This document shows, in pieces, positions 49,866 through 58,417 of a stretch of 64,000 nucleotides of DNA. Location of the stretch: the NCBI GenBank assembly GCA_964588105.1, contig CAZPOG010000001.1:53-64052 (forward strand), written 5' to 3'. Every line of letters starts with the position of its first letter. The first letter of the stretch is position 1. Position numbers and translations under genes: made by a program. Origin of the DNA: an uncultured Ruminococcus sp. GTDB taxonomy: Bacteria; Bacillota; Clostridia; Oscillospirales; Acutalibacteraceae. Under the pieces are notes generated by a model. The model saw only the letters and a list, made by a program, of their open reading frames with translations. It was not told where the DNA came from and ran no database searches.

Positions 49866-50798
49866 GTGATAGATATGAGCTTTCAATTTGAACATTCTAA
49901 TTCAACTTGGGTAAGGTACAGCGAATACAAATGGAAACAAGCTGAGAACGGCAAGCTGTATTTGACCGCTTGCTCCGACGCTCAGCCTACAATATACGAT
50001 CCGCTGAAAGAATATCAGCAGTTAGTCTTGGACGCTCTGTATATCGGGCGCTTGGGTATGAAGCAGGAGCATGACGATGAAGAAATACAAGCCGAAATAA
50101 AAGCCTTTGCGGAAAAGTATGGGCTGTTCGGATTGATGACAGCGTTACCGACCACACCTTCCTTTATGGACTATGAAGCGGTGTATCTGCCGAAGAATCG
50201 TTTTATCAAAAAGGAAACGATGTCAACCGAGAAATACCTTGCTTTATTTTTCCCATTTGACAAACCTGATGTAGTAAAACGCAGTGTGGAATCGTTATGG
50301 AATATAGAAGGCGACAATATGATGATGGCGCTCGCTATGACAATGAGCGACAGACCGATGGCGGTCAATATGAGCTTTCAGCGTCAGTATGCCGAGAGCT
50401 ACGAGTGGATGAAGCAGGTGTTTACCGATTGGGCGTTTAATGCCACAACAGTGTTTCTGTATTACAATGACTATAATAAGCTGGACGATGACTACAAACA
50501 GCTTATGCGGCAGAGTATCCGTGCGTTTGACGGTAACGCTCCGAGCTATCACATTGAGCTGCTTGAACAGCCTACGCTTGTATGGGATTTCCATTCGCTC
50601 TTGCTCGGCATTCAGATGATGTTGTCCTTTATGCTGACCGATGAACACAACCCTCTCCGATTCTGCAAGCAATGTATGAAGCCGTTTATTGCTTCCAGAC
50701 CAAGCGCTGTCTTTTGCAGCCCTCGATGCAAGAATCAGTATAACGTGTATAAGAACAGGGCGAAAAACAAAATGACTGATGAAGATGAAACGAATTAA
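49866..50798 (+). CDS. hypothetical protein with CGNR-like C-terminal Zn finger
   Basis: FCKQCMKPF...FCSPRCKN. Confidence 0.75.
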   Translation: MIDMSFQFEHSNSTWVRYSEYKWKQAENGKLYLTACSDAQPTIYDPLKEYQQLVLDALYIGRLGMKQEHDDEEIQAEIKAFAEKYGLFGLMTALPTTPSFMDYEAVYLPKNRFIKKETMSTEKYLALFFPFDKPDVVKRSVESLWNIEGDNMMMALAMTMSDRPMAVNMSFQRQYAESYEWMKQVFTDWAFNATTVFLYYNDYNKLDDDYKQLMRQSIRAFDGNAPSYHIELLEQPTLVWDFHSLLLGIQMMLSFMLTDEHNPLRFCKQCMKPFIASRPSAVFCSPRCKNQYNVYKNRAKNKMTDEDETN

Positions 50799-50816
50799 TT
50801 GATAGGGTGATAGATT

Positions 50817-51836
50817 ATGGCAAATGAGATTATCATAAACAACAATAATTCAAAGAGCACATATAATTCCATACGGCGCAGCATTATTTCTGCACAGCAA
50901 AAGGTTTATACTGCGGTCAATTCCGCTATGGTTTTCGCTTATTGGGAAATTGGCGAGCAAATATATAAAGCCTGCGGGGAAAACGAAAGAGCAGAGTATG
51001 GCAAGAATCTTTTGAATTATCTTTCCGACAAGCTGACTGCGGAATTCGGAAAAGGATACAGTGTTCAGGGACTTCGCAATATGCGGCAGTTTTACTGTAC
51101 ATATCCAATTCGCTCCACACTGTGTAGCGAATTGAGCTGGTCGCACTATCGTGTTCTGATGAGAATTCCGGATAAAACCACCCGTGAGTTTTACACGGAA
51201 GAATGCGCTAAATCTATGTGGAGTGTACGGCAGCTTGAAAGACAGATACATACGATGTATTATCAAAGACTGCTTGCGAGCCGTGATAAAGAAAGCGTTG
51301 CGGCAGAGATTCAGACAACAGAGCCTAAGCCCGAATATGAAAAAGCAATCAAGGATCCATATGTAATGGAATTCCTTCAAATCAAGCCCGATACTCATGT
51401 TTATGAAAGTGAAATTGAGCAGGCTTTGCTTAATCACTTGCAGGAGTTTTTACTTGAACTCGGACGAGGGTTTTCATTTGTTGCAAGACAAAAGCGATTT
51501 ACACTTGACGGGCAAGATTTCTTTATCGACCTTGTCTTTTATAACTATATTCTGAAATGCTTTGTCCTTTTCGATCTGAAAACAGGCACATTAACCCATC
51601 AGGATTTGGGACAAATGCAGATGTACGTCAACTACTACACAAGAGAATTGATGAACGAGGGCGACAATCCTCCGATCGGTATTGTTCTCTGTGCCGATAA
51701 GAGTGATGCCGTAGTCAAATACACTTTGCCGGAGGATAACAATCAAATTTTTGCTTCCAAGTACTTTACATATCTTCCCACGGAGGAAGAGTTTAAGAAA
51801 GAGCTTAATCTTGACGATTATGCAAAACTGAATTAA
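50817..51836 (+). CDS. YhcG/DUF1016 PD-(D/E)XK nuclease-domain protein
   Basis: YWEIG, LSWSHY, KDPY..FL, LLELGRGF, IDL.FY, DLK, GQM..Y. Confidence 0.93.
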   Translation: MANEIIINNNNSKSTYNSIRRSIISAQQKVYTAVNSAMVFAYWEIGEQIYKACGENERAEYGKNLLNYLSDKLTAEFGKGYSVQGLRNMRQFYCTYPIRSTLCSELSWSHYRVLMRIPDKTTREFYTEECAKSMWSVRQLERQIHTMYYQRLLASRDKESVAAEIQTTEPKPEYEKAIKDPYVMEFLQIKPDTHVYESEIEQALLNHLQEFLLELGRGFSFVARQKRFTLDGQDFFIDLVFYNYILKCFVLFDLKTGTLTHQDLGQMQMYVNYYTRELMNEGDNPPIGIVLCADKSDAVVKYTLPEDNNQIFASKYFTYLPTEEEFKKELNLDDYAKLN

Positions 51837-51857
51837 ATTTATCTTTGATATTATAAG

Positions 51858-51889
51858 CTCCTGCAAGAACAACAACTTGCAGGAGTTTT
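51858..51889 (+). terminator. intrinsic terminator
   Basis: CTCCTGCAAG / CTTGCAGGAG plus TTTT. Confidence 0.7.
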
Positions 51890-52072
51890 CACTTTTATGA
51901 GTTATATATTACATAATTGAAATTGATATTACGGTGTTCACAAAATTGTATATGTTTTTTCGTGCTTTTTCGACAAGTTTTAGCTTTAAAATTCTATATT
52001 AATAAGCTGTCAAATTATAAAAGAAAATGATATAATAATAATAAATACTTGAAAATATTTATGAGGCATTAA

Positions 52073-52828
52073 ATGAATAATGTTATAGATTATTTCAGCA
52101 AACGTGCATCTGTATATAATAGTAGTGATTGGGTTAACGACAAAGATATTCTCCATACTATTTTAAAGTGTTTGAATTCAACAGAAGCTAGTTTTTTAAA
52201 TATATTAGATTTGGGAGCAGGTACTGGTGCAGTATCAAATTATTTACTATATAATCTCTTATCAGATACAAGAATAGTGGCTTTAGATGTATGTGCGGAA
52301 ATGTTGCAAAAGAATTGTGAGCAAAGAATTCTAAAAATTTTATCGTCGGCAGAAAAAATGCCGTTTATTGATAATAGCTTCGATGTTATTGTGTCTAGAC
52401 AATGTATGCATTACATTGACGATCTGAATAAAGCTATCGATGAAATAAAACGAGTATTAAAATGTGGAGGAATATTCGTCTTATCACAGTTTGTTCCTCT
52501 TGAAACTGAGACAAAGAATTTTTGGATAGATATGATGAAGGTTAGGCAACCATTGCGAAAGAATTTTTATTCAGAAAAAGATTGGATTGAGTTGTTCATA
52601 CAACATGGATTTAGTGTTAATTCAGTTGAAAGATATTCCAAACCATATTCAATTAAAAAATGGGCTCAAACATATAATGTAGAACAAAATGTGGAGATAT
52701 CACCGTATCAGACTATATTAAAAAACGCTCCCATAGAATATATTAAGGAATACGGAGTTAGAGAAAAAAATAACGATATTTTGATTAATAGTTTCGGAGT
52801 TACAATATCTTTTCAAAAAGATAAATAG
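52073..52828 (+). CDS. class I SAM methyltransferase
   Basis: ILDLGAGTG, ALD, AEKMPF.D.SFD. Confidence 0.9.
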   Translation: MNNVIDYFSKRASVYNSSDWVNDKDILHTILKCLNSTEASFLNILDLGAGTGAVSNYLLYNLLSDTRIVALDVCAEMLQKNCEQRILKILSSAEKMPFIDNSFDVIVSRQCMHYIDDLNKAIDEIKRVLKCGGIFVLSQFVPLETETKNFWIDMMKVRQPLRKNFYSEKDWIELFIQHGFSVNSVERYSKPYSIKKWAQTYNVEQNVEISPYQTILKNAPIEYIKEYGVREKNNDILINSFGVTISFQKDK

Positions 52829-52859
52829 TATTGAAAAATTATTGAATTAAGGTGGTATT

Positions 52860-53672
52860 TTGTTATACAAAATTCTTAAAAACATTATCTCTTCTATTAC
52901 AGTAATTGTTGCCATCGGATATTTGGTATATAGCATAATTGTTAATGCAAATTCTCTTTATGAATATATGATATTGTCATTATTGATTCTAATTGCAACA
53001 ACATTTATTATAGAAGGATTAGATGAAAAACGAAAATGGAAAAGCATAGATAATGACATAGTGACTAGAATTTCCAGCATATCTGATTGCCAAATATATA
53101 CTTATAATAATACAAAAGAATGGGTGCAGAAAATAATAGAACTAACGAAGGAAGGTTCACATTCCTTTGATTCCGCTGCACTTGATAGTGCAACAAGAAG
53201 CAAAGCTAAATCACACTATTCTAGCATTTGGAATTATTTAAATATGTGCAGTAAAGAAAAAAGAATTACTTTTAGGCATATTACGCGTGTTAGAAATAAT
53301 AACTTCTTAAATCTGTTATATCGGATTCATTCTGGGAATTCAAAAAATAATAGTTACTTTGCTTATTATGAATTGCCCAATAGCTTTTCGTTTCCAACTT
53401 TTGGAGTAATTGACGGGAGATATATTGCAACTAGAAGTCCATACCAACAAGGAGTTACTCCATGTTATATGATAATTGATAATACAAAGATATCAAAATT
53501 TTTTATCGATTATTTTGAAGACCTTTGGAATAGTTCAAATAAACTTGAAAAGGTTTCTCAATTAAAAGACATATACGAAAAATTTGAATCTGGATATACA
53601 GAAGAAGAAAAAAAGAACTGTCTTGAATTAATCAAAAAAATTGAAAAAGAAGGCATCGTTGATGATATTTGA
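52860..53672 (+). CDS. 2TM membrane protein with PLD/TrmB-like soluble domain (tentative)
   Basis: Two N-terminal TM helices; F.VID ... F..YFEDLW.SS ending. Confidence 0.55.
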   Translation: MLYKILKNIISSITVIVAIGYLVYSIIVNANSLYEYMILSLLILIATTFIIEGLDEKRKWKSIDNDIVTRISSISDCQIYTYNNTKEWVQKIIELTKEGSHSFDSAALDSATRSKAKSHYSSIWNYLNMCSKEKRITFRHITRVRNNNFLNLLYRIHSGNSKNNSYFAYYELPNSFSFPTFGVIDGRYIATRSPYQQGVTPCYMIIDNTKISKFFIDYFEDLWNSSNKLEKVSQLKDIYEKFESGYTEEEKKNCLELIKKIEKEGIVDDI

Positions 53673-54414
53673 TATTTGTGAGTTGAATAAAATATCAGAT
53701 GATACGAATATCTGGGGAGGAAAAGCTGTTTCTATTTGCAAGTTGATGAATAACGGCTTTCGCGTTCCAAAAGGTATCGTTCTCTCAACAAAAGTATTTG
53801 ATAAATATCAAAGCAAAACGCTTATCATTAATTCATTGGAAGAAGAATTGAATAGAATTTGTAAAGACTTTTTTAATTGTAATAATTGTGGATTAATTAT
53901 ACGATCATCTGCAAACATTGAAAGCGGTAAAGAGTACTCATGTTGTGGAATATTTGATACATATGTATATAATCCATCATTTTCAATAACTCATTATGTA
54001 AAAAAAGTCTGGGATTCAGCTTATTCAAATTTTGCTATCGATTATTGTAACAAGATTAATTATCCAAGTTGTAAAATTAAAATGGGAGTAATAATTCAAG
54101 AAATTTATATAGGTGATTATAATGCAGTAATTCAAACACACGATATAGTTAATAACAAGAATCGTATTGTTTTAGAATATAAAAGTGGTGATATTGATAG
54201 CGTTGTAAATGGATTTGTAGATGCAAATACCGTATTTATTGATTATGAACAAAGTAATAGTAAAAGTTTTTCGGATGCGGTTTTGAAAAAGAGAATAATA
54301 TGCCAATTAATCAACGATTGTTATAAAGCTGAAAAAGTTTTCAACTCTCATGTTGAACTTGAAGCACAGATTCATAATAACAATATTTTTTATGTACAAG
54401 CTAGAGAAATATAA
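53662..54414 (+). CDS. PEP/pyruvate-binding (dikinase ATP-grasp) domain protein
   Basis: GGKA..L..GF.VP.G, IIRSSA..E, G.F.T, MGVIIQE. Confidence 0.85.
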   Translation: MIFDICELNKISDDTNIWGGKAVSICKLMNNGFRVPKGIVLSTKVFDKYQSKTLIINSLEEELNRICKDFFNCNNCGLIIRSSANIESGKEYSCCGIFDTYVYNPSFSITHYVKKVWDSAYSNFAIDYCNKINYPSCKIKMGVIIQEIYIGDYNAVIQTHDIVNNKNRIVLEYKSGDIDSVVNGFVDANTVFIDYEQSNSKSFSDAVLKKRIICQLINDCYKAEKVFNSHVELEAQIHNNNIFYVQAREI

Positions 54415-54428
54415 TAGGAAGTGAGTAA

Positions 54429-56150
54429 ATGAAAATCAAAGGATTGTGTGTTAGTTGTGGTACAGCAAAAGGACCGGCTTACATTATAAAAAGCGAGAAC
54501 AAGCAAAGAATAAGTGATATATCCTTATTGCCAAATACAATTCTGGTAATGAAATCATTAGATAGAAGTATTCTAGTTAACCTAAATAAGAATGTTATAG
54601 GTGTTGTAGCAGAACACGGAAACATAGGAAGCCATGGTTCAGGGATACTTCGACAGTTAGGTATACCTTGCGTTCTCAGAATAAACGGAGCAACTGAATT
54701 ACTAAAAAACGGCGAGTTAGTAGAAATCTGTGATGCTGAAAACTGTATTATTTGTTTTGATCAAAAAGGAAATAACGATCAGCAAGAGCTAAGCAAAAAT
54801 ACAGACTTCGAGTACCAATCAATTTCTAAACCACAGTTTAGCATAGATGAGATTCGTCCAGTTGAAAAGTGGATAAAACCAAGGCCTGGAAGAGTGTATC
54901 AAAAGCTACGTTATGATATTATTAGTGATGTATATGTGTCTAGCGTGGAATACATTTATAAAATGCCTTCAGCATTAACAAGGCAAGATAGCAATGGCGT
55001 AATTGAAGTATTCGGCACACCTAGTCTACCAGATTTGTGTAGCTTTGTTTTATGTAATCCTTATTGGCTAATAGAAAAAGCTAAGGAACGCTCCACTGAG
55101 TTTAATAGAATAAAAAATGACATGGCAAATCTTTTGAGATATGACGATTGTAATAGTGTTAATGATATTTGCTATGTTTTTAATGAATCAGTTAGACTAT
55201 ATAAATCAATTTTTAAATACTTATTTCTGTCACAAGTTACATCCGATGAAATGCTTGATATCTATCTTGATTTTTTGAATTTAATCACAGGAAAAGAAAT
55301 GTCAAAGGATGTGTTTAATCTTAGGTCAGATTATGTTGAAAAGAGCTTGTCATCAGGACATGATCCAGGCGGATTTCAAAAATGGGGCGAGAATGTAACA
55401 CCACATATATGGGATGGTGAAATTGATTACACCCCTTTCCCTATAGATAATAGCATCATAGATAAAATAGAAAACTCAGAAGCAGATAATCAGAGATTAA
55501 TGAGAGACTATTCATCCTTTAGAGTTGTTATTCCACTTATCTATCAACTGTCAGAAGAGTTTTTTTATATGTCTAAGAGTATAAACTCTTTCCTAAACTG
55601 GAGTATAGTAAATCTTCACAGATTATTATCTCAGAAGAAACTATTAAATTCCTCACTAAATGATTTTTATAATATACCTCTGAATGAGGTGTTTAAATAC
55701 ATAAAACTATTAAAAGGAGATTATAGTATGGACAACAAATTTATGGAAGCTTTTCATCCTGATGAAACTTTAGTAAAAGATTTTCAACATTGGGTTGTTC
55801 TTGTTAGGGAGAATCAATTAACTCTAGGAAACTGTTATTTTGTATTGAAACGTGAGATTCCGTTTTTTGGTCAAATGAATTCTGAAGAAAGTGCTGAATT
55901 AAGTTGCGTAATGAAATGGTATGAAGAAAAGTGCAGATTATTATTTGGTGCCGAGAAGTTTAATTATGTTGCTGCAATGATGAGGGATAATTTCGTACAC
56001 TTTCATGCTTTTCCAAGATATTCAAAGCCTGTATCAAGATACGGTATTGAGTGGAAAGATGATAGATGGCCCAGATTACTTCAATTTGGTCCAAGTGTAT
56101 GTGAACCAAAGTATTATCAACTGATAAAAGAAGATTTAAAAGAAAACTAA
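54429..56150 (+). CDS. PEP-utiliser phospho-His swivel domain + helical domain + C-terminal HIT-like domain
   Basis: G..KG, GNIGSHGSGILRQLGIPCV; C-terminal QLTLG ... MMRDNFVHFHAFPRY. Confidence 0.8.
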   Translation: MKIKGLCVSCGTAKGPAYIIKSENKQRISDISLLPNTILVMKSLDRSILVNLNKNVIGVVAEHGNIGSHGSGILRQLGIPCVLRINGATELLKNGELVEICDAENCIICFDQKGNNDQQELSKNTDFEYQSISKPQFSIDEIRPVEKWIKPRPGRVYQKLRYDIISDVYVSSVEYIYKMPSALTRQDSNGVIEVFGTPSLPDLCSFVLCNPYWLIEKAKERSTEFNRIKNDMANLLRYDDCNSVNDICYVFNESVRLYKSIFKYLFLSQVTSDEMLDIYLDFLNLITGKEMSKDVFNLRSDYVEKSLSSGHDPGGFQKWGENVTPHIWDGEIDYTPFPIDNSIIDKIENSEADNQRLMRDYSSFRVVIPLIYQLSEEFFYMSKSINSFLNWSIVNLHRLLSQKKLLNSSLNDFYNIPLNEVFKYIKLLKGDYSMDNKFMEAFHPDETLVKDFQHWVVLVRENQLTLGNCYFVLKREIPFFGQMNSEESAELSCVMKWYEEKCRLLFGAEKFNYVAAMMRDNFVHFHAFPRYSKPVSRYGIEWKDDRWPRLLQFGPSVCEPKYYQLIKEDLKEN

Positions 56151-56193
56151 TGCCACGAAATAAATAATATCAAAAAAGTTTTAAACTATATTT

Positions 56194-56229
56194 GCCCGCT
56201 GTCAGCGATCATGCTGATAGCGGGCTTTC
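56194..56229. terminator. hairpin between convergent genes
   Basis: GCCCGCTGTCAGC / GCTGATAGCGGGC. Confidence 0.6.
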
Positions 56230-56230
56230 C

Positions 56231-56608
56231 TTATACATATACAATTTCATTCAATACGATTTCTTCGGCGCGGTTGCGGATATTATTCATACGCTGTACC
56301 CACGCCATTTGGTCGGCAGCTTTGAGTGCTTCGGTAACTCCTTCCTGATTAGCCATAGCTTTTACAAGGCTTTCCATTCGCTCGCTGCATTCTTCATCAA
56401 TTTCCGCTAAATGTTCGGACAGCTTGCAAGATGTAAGCAAGTTGGTATAGAGAATTGGACGATGCTTTTTGAGATAACGCCTGCGGCGCTGTCCCCATAC
56501 GCCGATGTTATACTCCGGCTGTTTCGGCATTTTCAGATTTGGGAGCAAGTAGTCTCCCTTTTGGATGTAAGTACCGCCAAGCTGTTCAAAAATAGTTTTC
56601 TGTTTCAT
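56231..56608 (-). CDS. tnpV: TnpV family protein
   Basis: FEQLGGTY...GDY.LPNL, IG.WG..R..YLK, EGVTE.LKA.DQMAWV.RMN. Confidence 0.92.
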   Translation of the reverse strand: MKQKTIFEQLGGTYIQKGDYLLPNLKMPKQPEYNIGVWGQRRRRYLKKHRPILYTNLLTSCKLSEHLAEIDEECSERMESLVKAMANQEGVTEALKAADQMAWVQRMNNIRNRAEEIVLNEIVYV

Positions 56609-56750
56609 AATAGGCTCCTTTCGTGATAATGGTTTCAACAGTTTGGATGAATATTAAACTCCTTTCCTACAACTGCATTTCAATTCACCACAAATGAGCC
56701 GCAGTCATATGTACTAAGGTAGTAGAAACTACCCTTTACATAATAGCTCT

Positions 56751-57154
56751 TGCAGGTGATGCGTGTTCAAATGGGTAGTAACAACGACCTGAAACCGCTC
56801 GCCCCACACACGGCGGGCAAATTCCATTCCTACCTTCTGAGCAAGCTCAGGAGATATCTTTTGTTCTTTGAAGCTCAGATAACCGTGATACGCCTGTATA
56901 CCATCAGTCTTACCATAGAGCAGCTTAATATTGATAAACTGCTCTCGTGCAAAAGACGCATCACAGTTGATTCCATCAACAAACAGCGTTTTTTCTGTTT
57001 TTTCTTCGTCCTTTGCATAAGCAAGAACATCGGCAAGAGCCTGATATTGTTCTTCGCTATACTGTTGTTTCCTTTTTGTCTTTGCCGGATTCATAGCATA
57101 GTTAATTATTCGGTCAAAAGAATAATTAACTGTCCAAATTTTACTTACTGCCAT
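56751..57154 (-). pseudogene. ICE MOBP relaxase, 5' part (to VVVTTHLNTHHL)
   Basis: MAVSKIW, YAMNP.KT, GINC, AYHGY.SF, VVVTTH; breaks at the TG junction. Confidence 0.9.
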
Positions 57155-57483
57155 TTCAGGTCACTCTTATCCGGACGGATGAAACGGCGCTCCAGATCTG
57201 CCCTGAACCTCTGCCACGCTTCTGCTTCTCTGTACAGCATCGGAGCGTCAATGAAGTTCAGAGAGTTTGCCTTCTTCGCCAGCTGATTGATGTTGCTGCT
57301 GATCAAGGATAGCTTATTCATCGCGTCAAAGAATGACCGGTCAGGTTTTTCCTTGGGGTGATAGCCTCTGAGCAGTAGGCGAATGAGCGCGGCTTCTGAC
57401 ATACAGGCACACTCAGCTTTATGACGGAGATCGTCGGCGTCGTCTTTGGAGAACCAAAACTGTTTTTTGATTCCTTTTCTCAT
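57145..57483 (-). CDS. mobC: plasmid mobilisation relaxosome protein MobC
   Basis: L..KA.C..MSEA.LIR.LL.G, L..I.SNINQLAKKAN; overlaps the relaxase start. Confidence 0.88.
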   Translation of the reverse strand: MRKGIKKQFWFSKDDADDLRHKAECACMSEAALIRLLLRGYHPKEKPDRSFFDAMNKLSLISSNINQLAKKANSLNFIDAPMLYREAEAWQRFRADLERRFIRPDKSDLKWQ

Positions 57484-57504
57484 TATGATCACTTCCTTCT
57501 TCCT

Positions 57505-57590
57505 ATGGGGGTTATTAGGGGACGGCTCCCCTAACGAGCTTTTTACCGTTCGGACTCCTGTGGGAGTACGAAGGATCTGCTTGCTACGAT
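57505..57590. promoter_or_regulatory. putative ICE oriT region upstream of mobC
   Basis: Hairpins TTAGGGGA/TCCCCTAA (57515-57534) and TTCGGACTCC/GGAGTACGAA; position typical for such elements. Confidence 0.4.
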
Positions 57591-57628
57591 TGAACAGAGT
57601 TCTTCCGAAAATCAAATCAAAAGCGTCA

Positions 57629-58381
57629 TCAGCGTGCATCGCCGCGGTCCTGAGGCTTGATCGGGACAGCGAGAATCTCACCGTTCACTCGCATAAAAGT
57701 CTCCAGATATTGGAATCGTTTTGTGTATTTTTTGATCATTTCGGGAGTCAGACTCTCAAAATTCTCCGATTCATACGGTGCGTTTGCCAAGAAGAAATTT
57801 CCGGCGATGATATCAAGCATCGGTCCTCTTTTCCCGTCACTCTCATCATAAATGGCACGGTTAAGAGGCAGGCTGCTGAGCTTCCCTTCCTCATTACAGA
57901 TAATAGCAACCTCGTCATCAAACGGCATCAACTCTTCAATATATCCACCGACGAGCTGCTGCATATCCTTCAACTCAGGCTTGATATACTTCACCTGAGG
58001 AGCCTCACCCGCTGCGATATACAGAACGGCTATTGTGTCGGGAGTCGAGATATCCCGCGTCTTTTCCGGCTCAAATCCGATCTCTTTATATCCGAAAGAA
58101 TCGCAGAAATAGAAGCCGTTTTTCACATTGTCGGCGTCTGATACCTCTACGACGTCTGATACAGATAACGACCTGCCGCGATAACTGTCAGGCTGATCGT
58201 GATTAAATTTCCTGTATACATCTTCAAGGGTTTTGCAGTCGATTTCGCCGCAGAAAACCTTATCATAAAGCTCGCTTTTGATTTCTGTACTACCGAAAAG
58301 ATGCTTCATCTTATCAAGACTCACAAACGCATAGTGTTCAGAATCCCGTTCAGTATTGATCTGATAAATACTGATTTTCAT
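57629..58381 (-). CDS. YodL domain + DUF3846-like protein
   Basis: IYQIN, Y..VF.G, F.....YRGRSLSVSDVV, FCDSFG; Q.LVGG.IE, CNEEGK. Confidence 0.75.
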   Translation of the reverse strand: MKISIYQINTERDSEHYAFVSLDKMKHLFGSTEIKSELYDKVFCGEIDCKTLEDVYRKFNHDQPDSYRGRSLSVSDVVEVSDADNVKNGFYFCDSFGYKEIGFEPEKTRDISTPDTIAVLYIAAGEAPQVKYIKPELKDMQQLVGGYIEELMPFDDEVAIICNEEGKLSSLPLNRAIYDESDGKRGPMLDIIAGNFFLANAPYESENFESLTPEMIKKYTKRFQYLETFMRVNGEILAVPIKPQDRGDAR

Positions 58382-58417
58382 AATGTCTCACCTTCCTTTT
58401 TTATAAAATTTTTTGTT

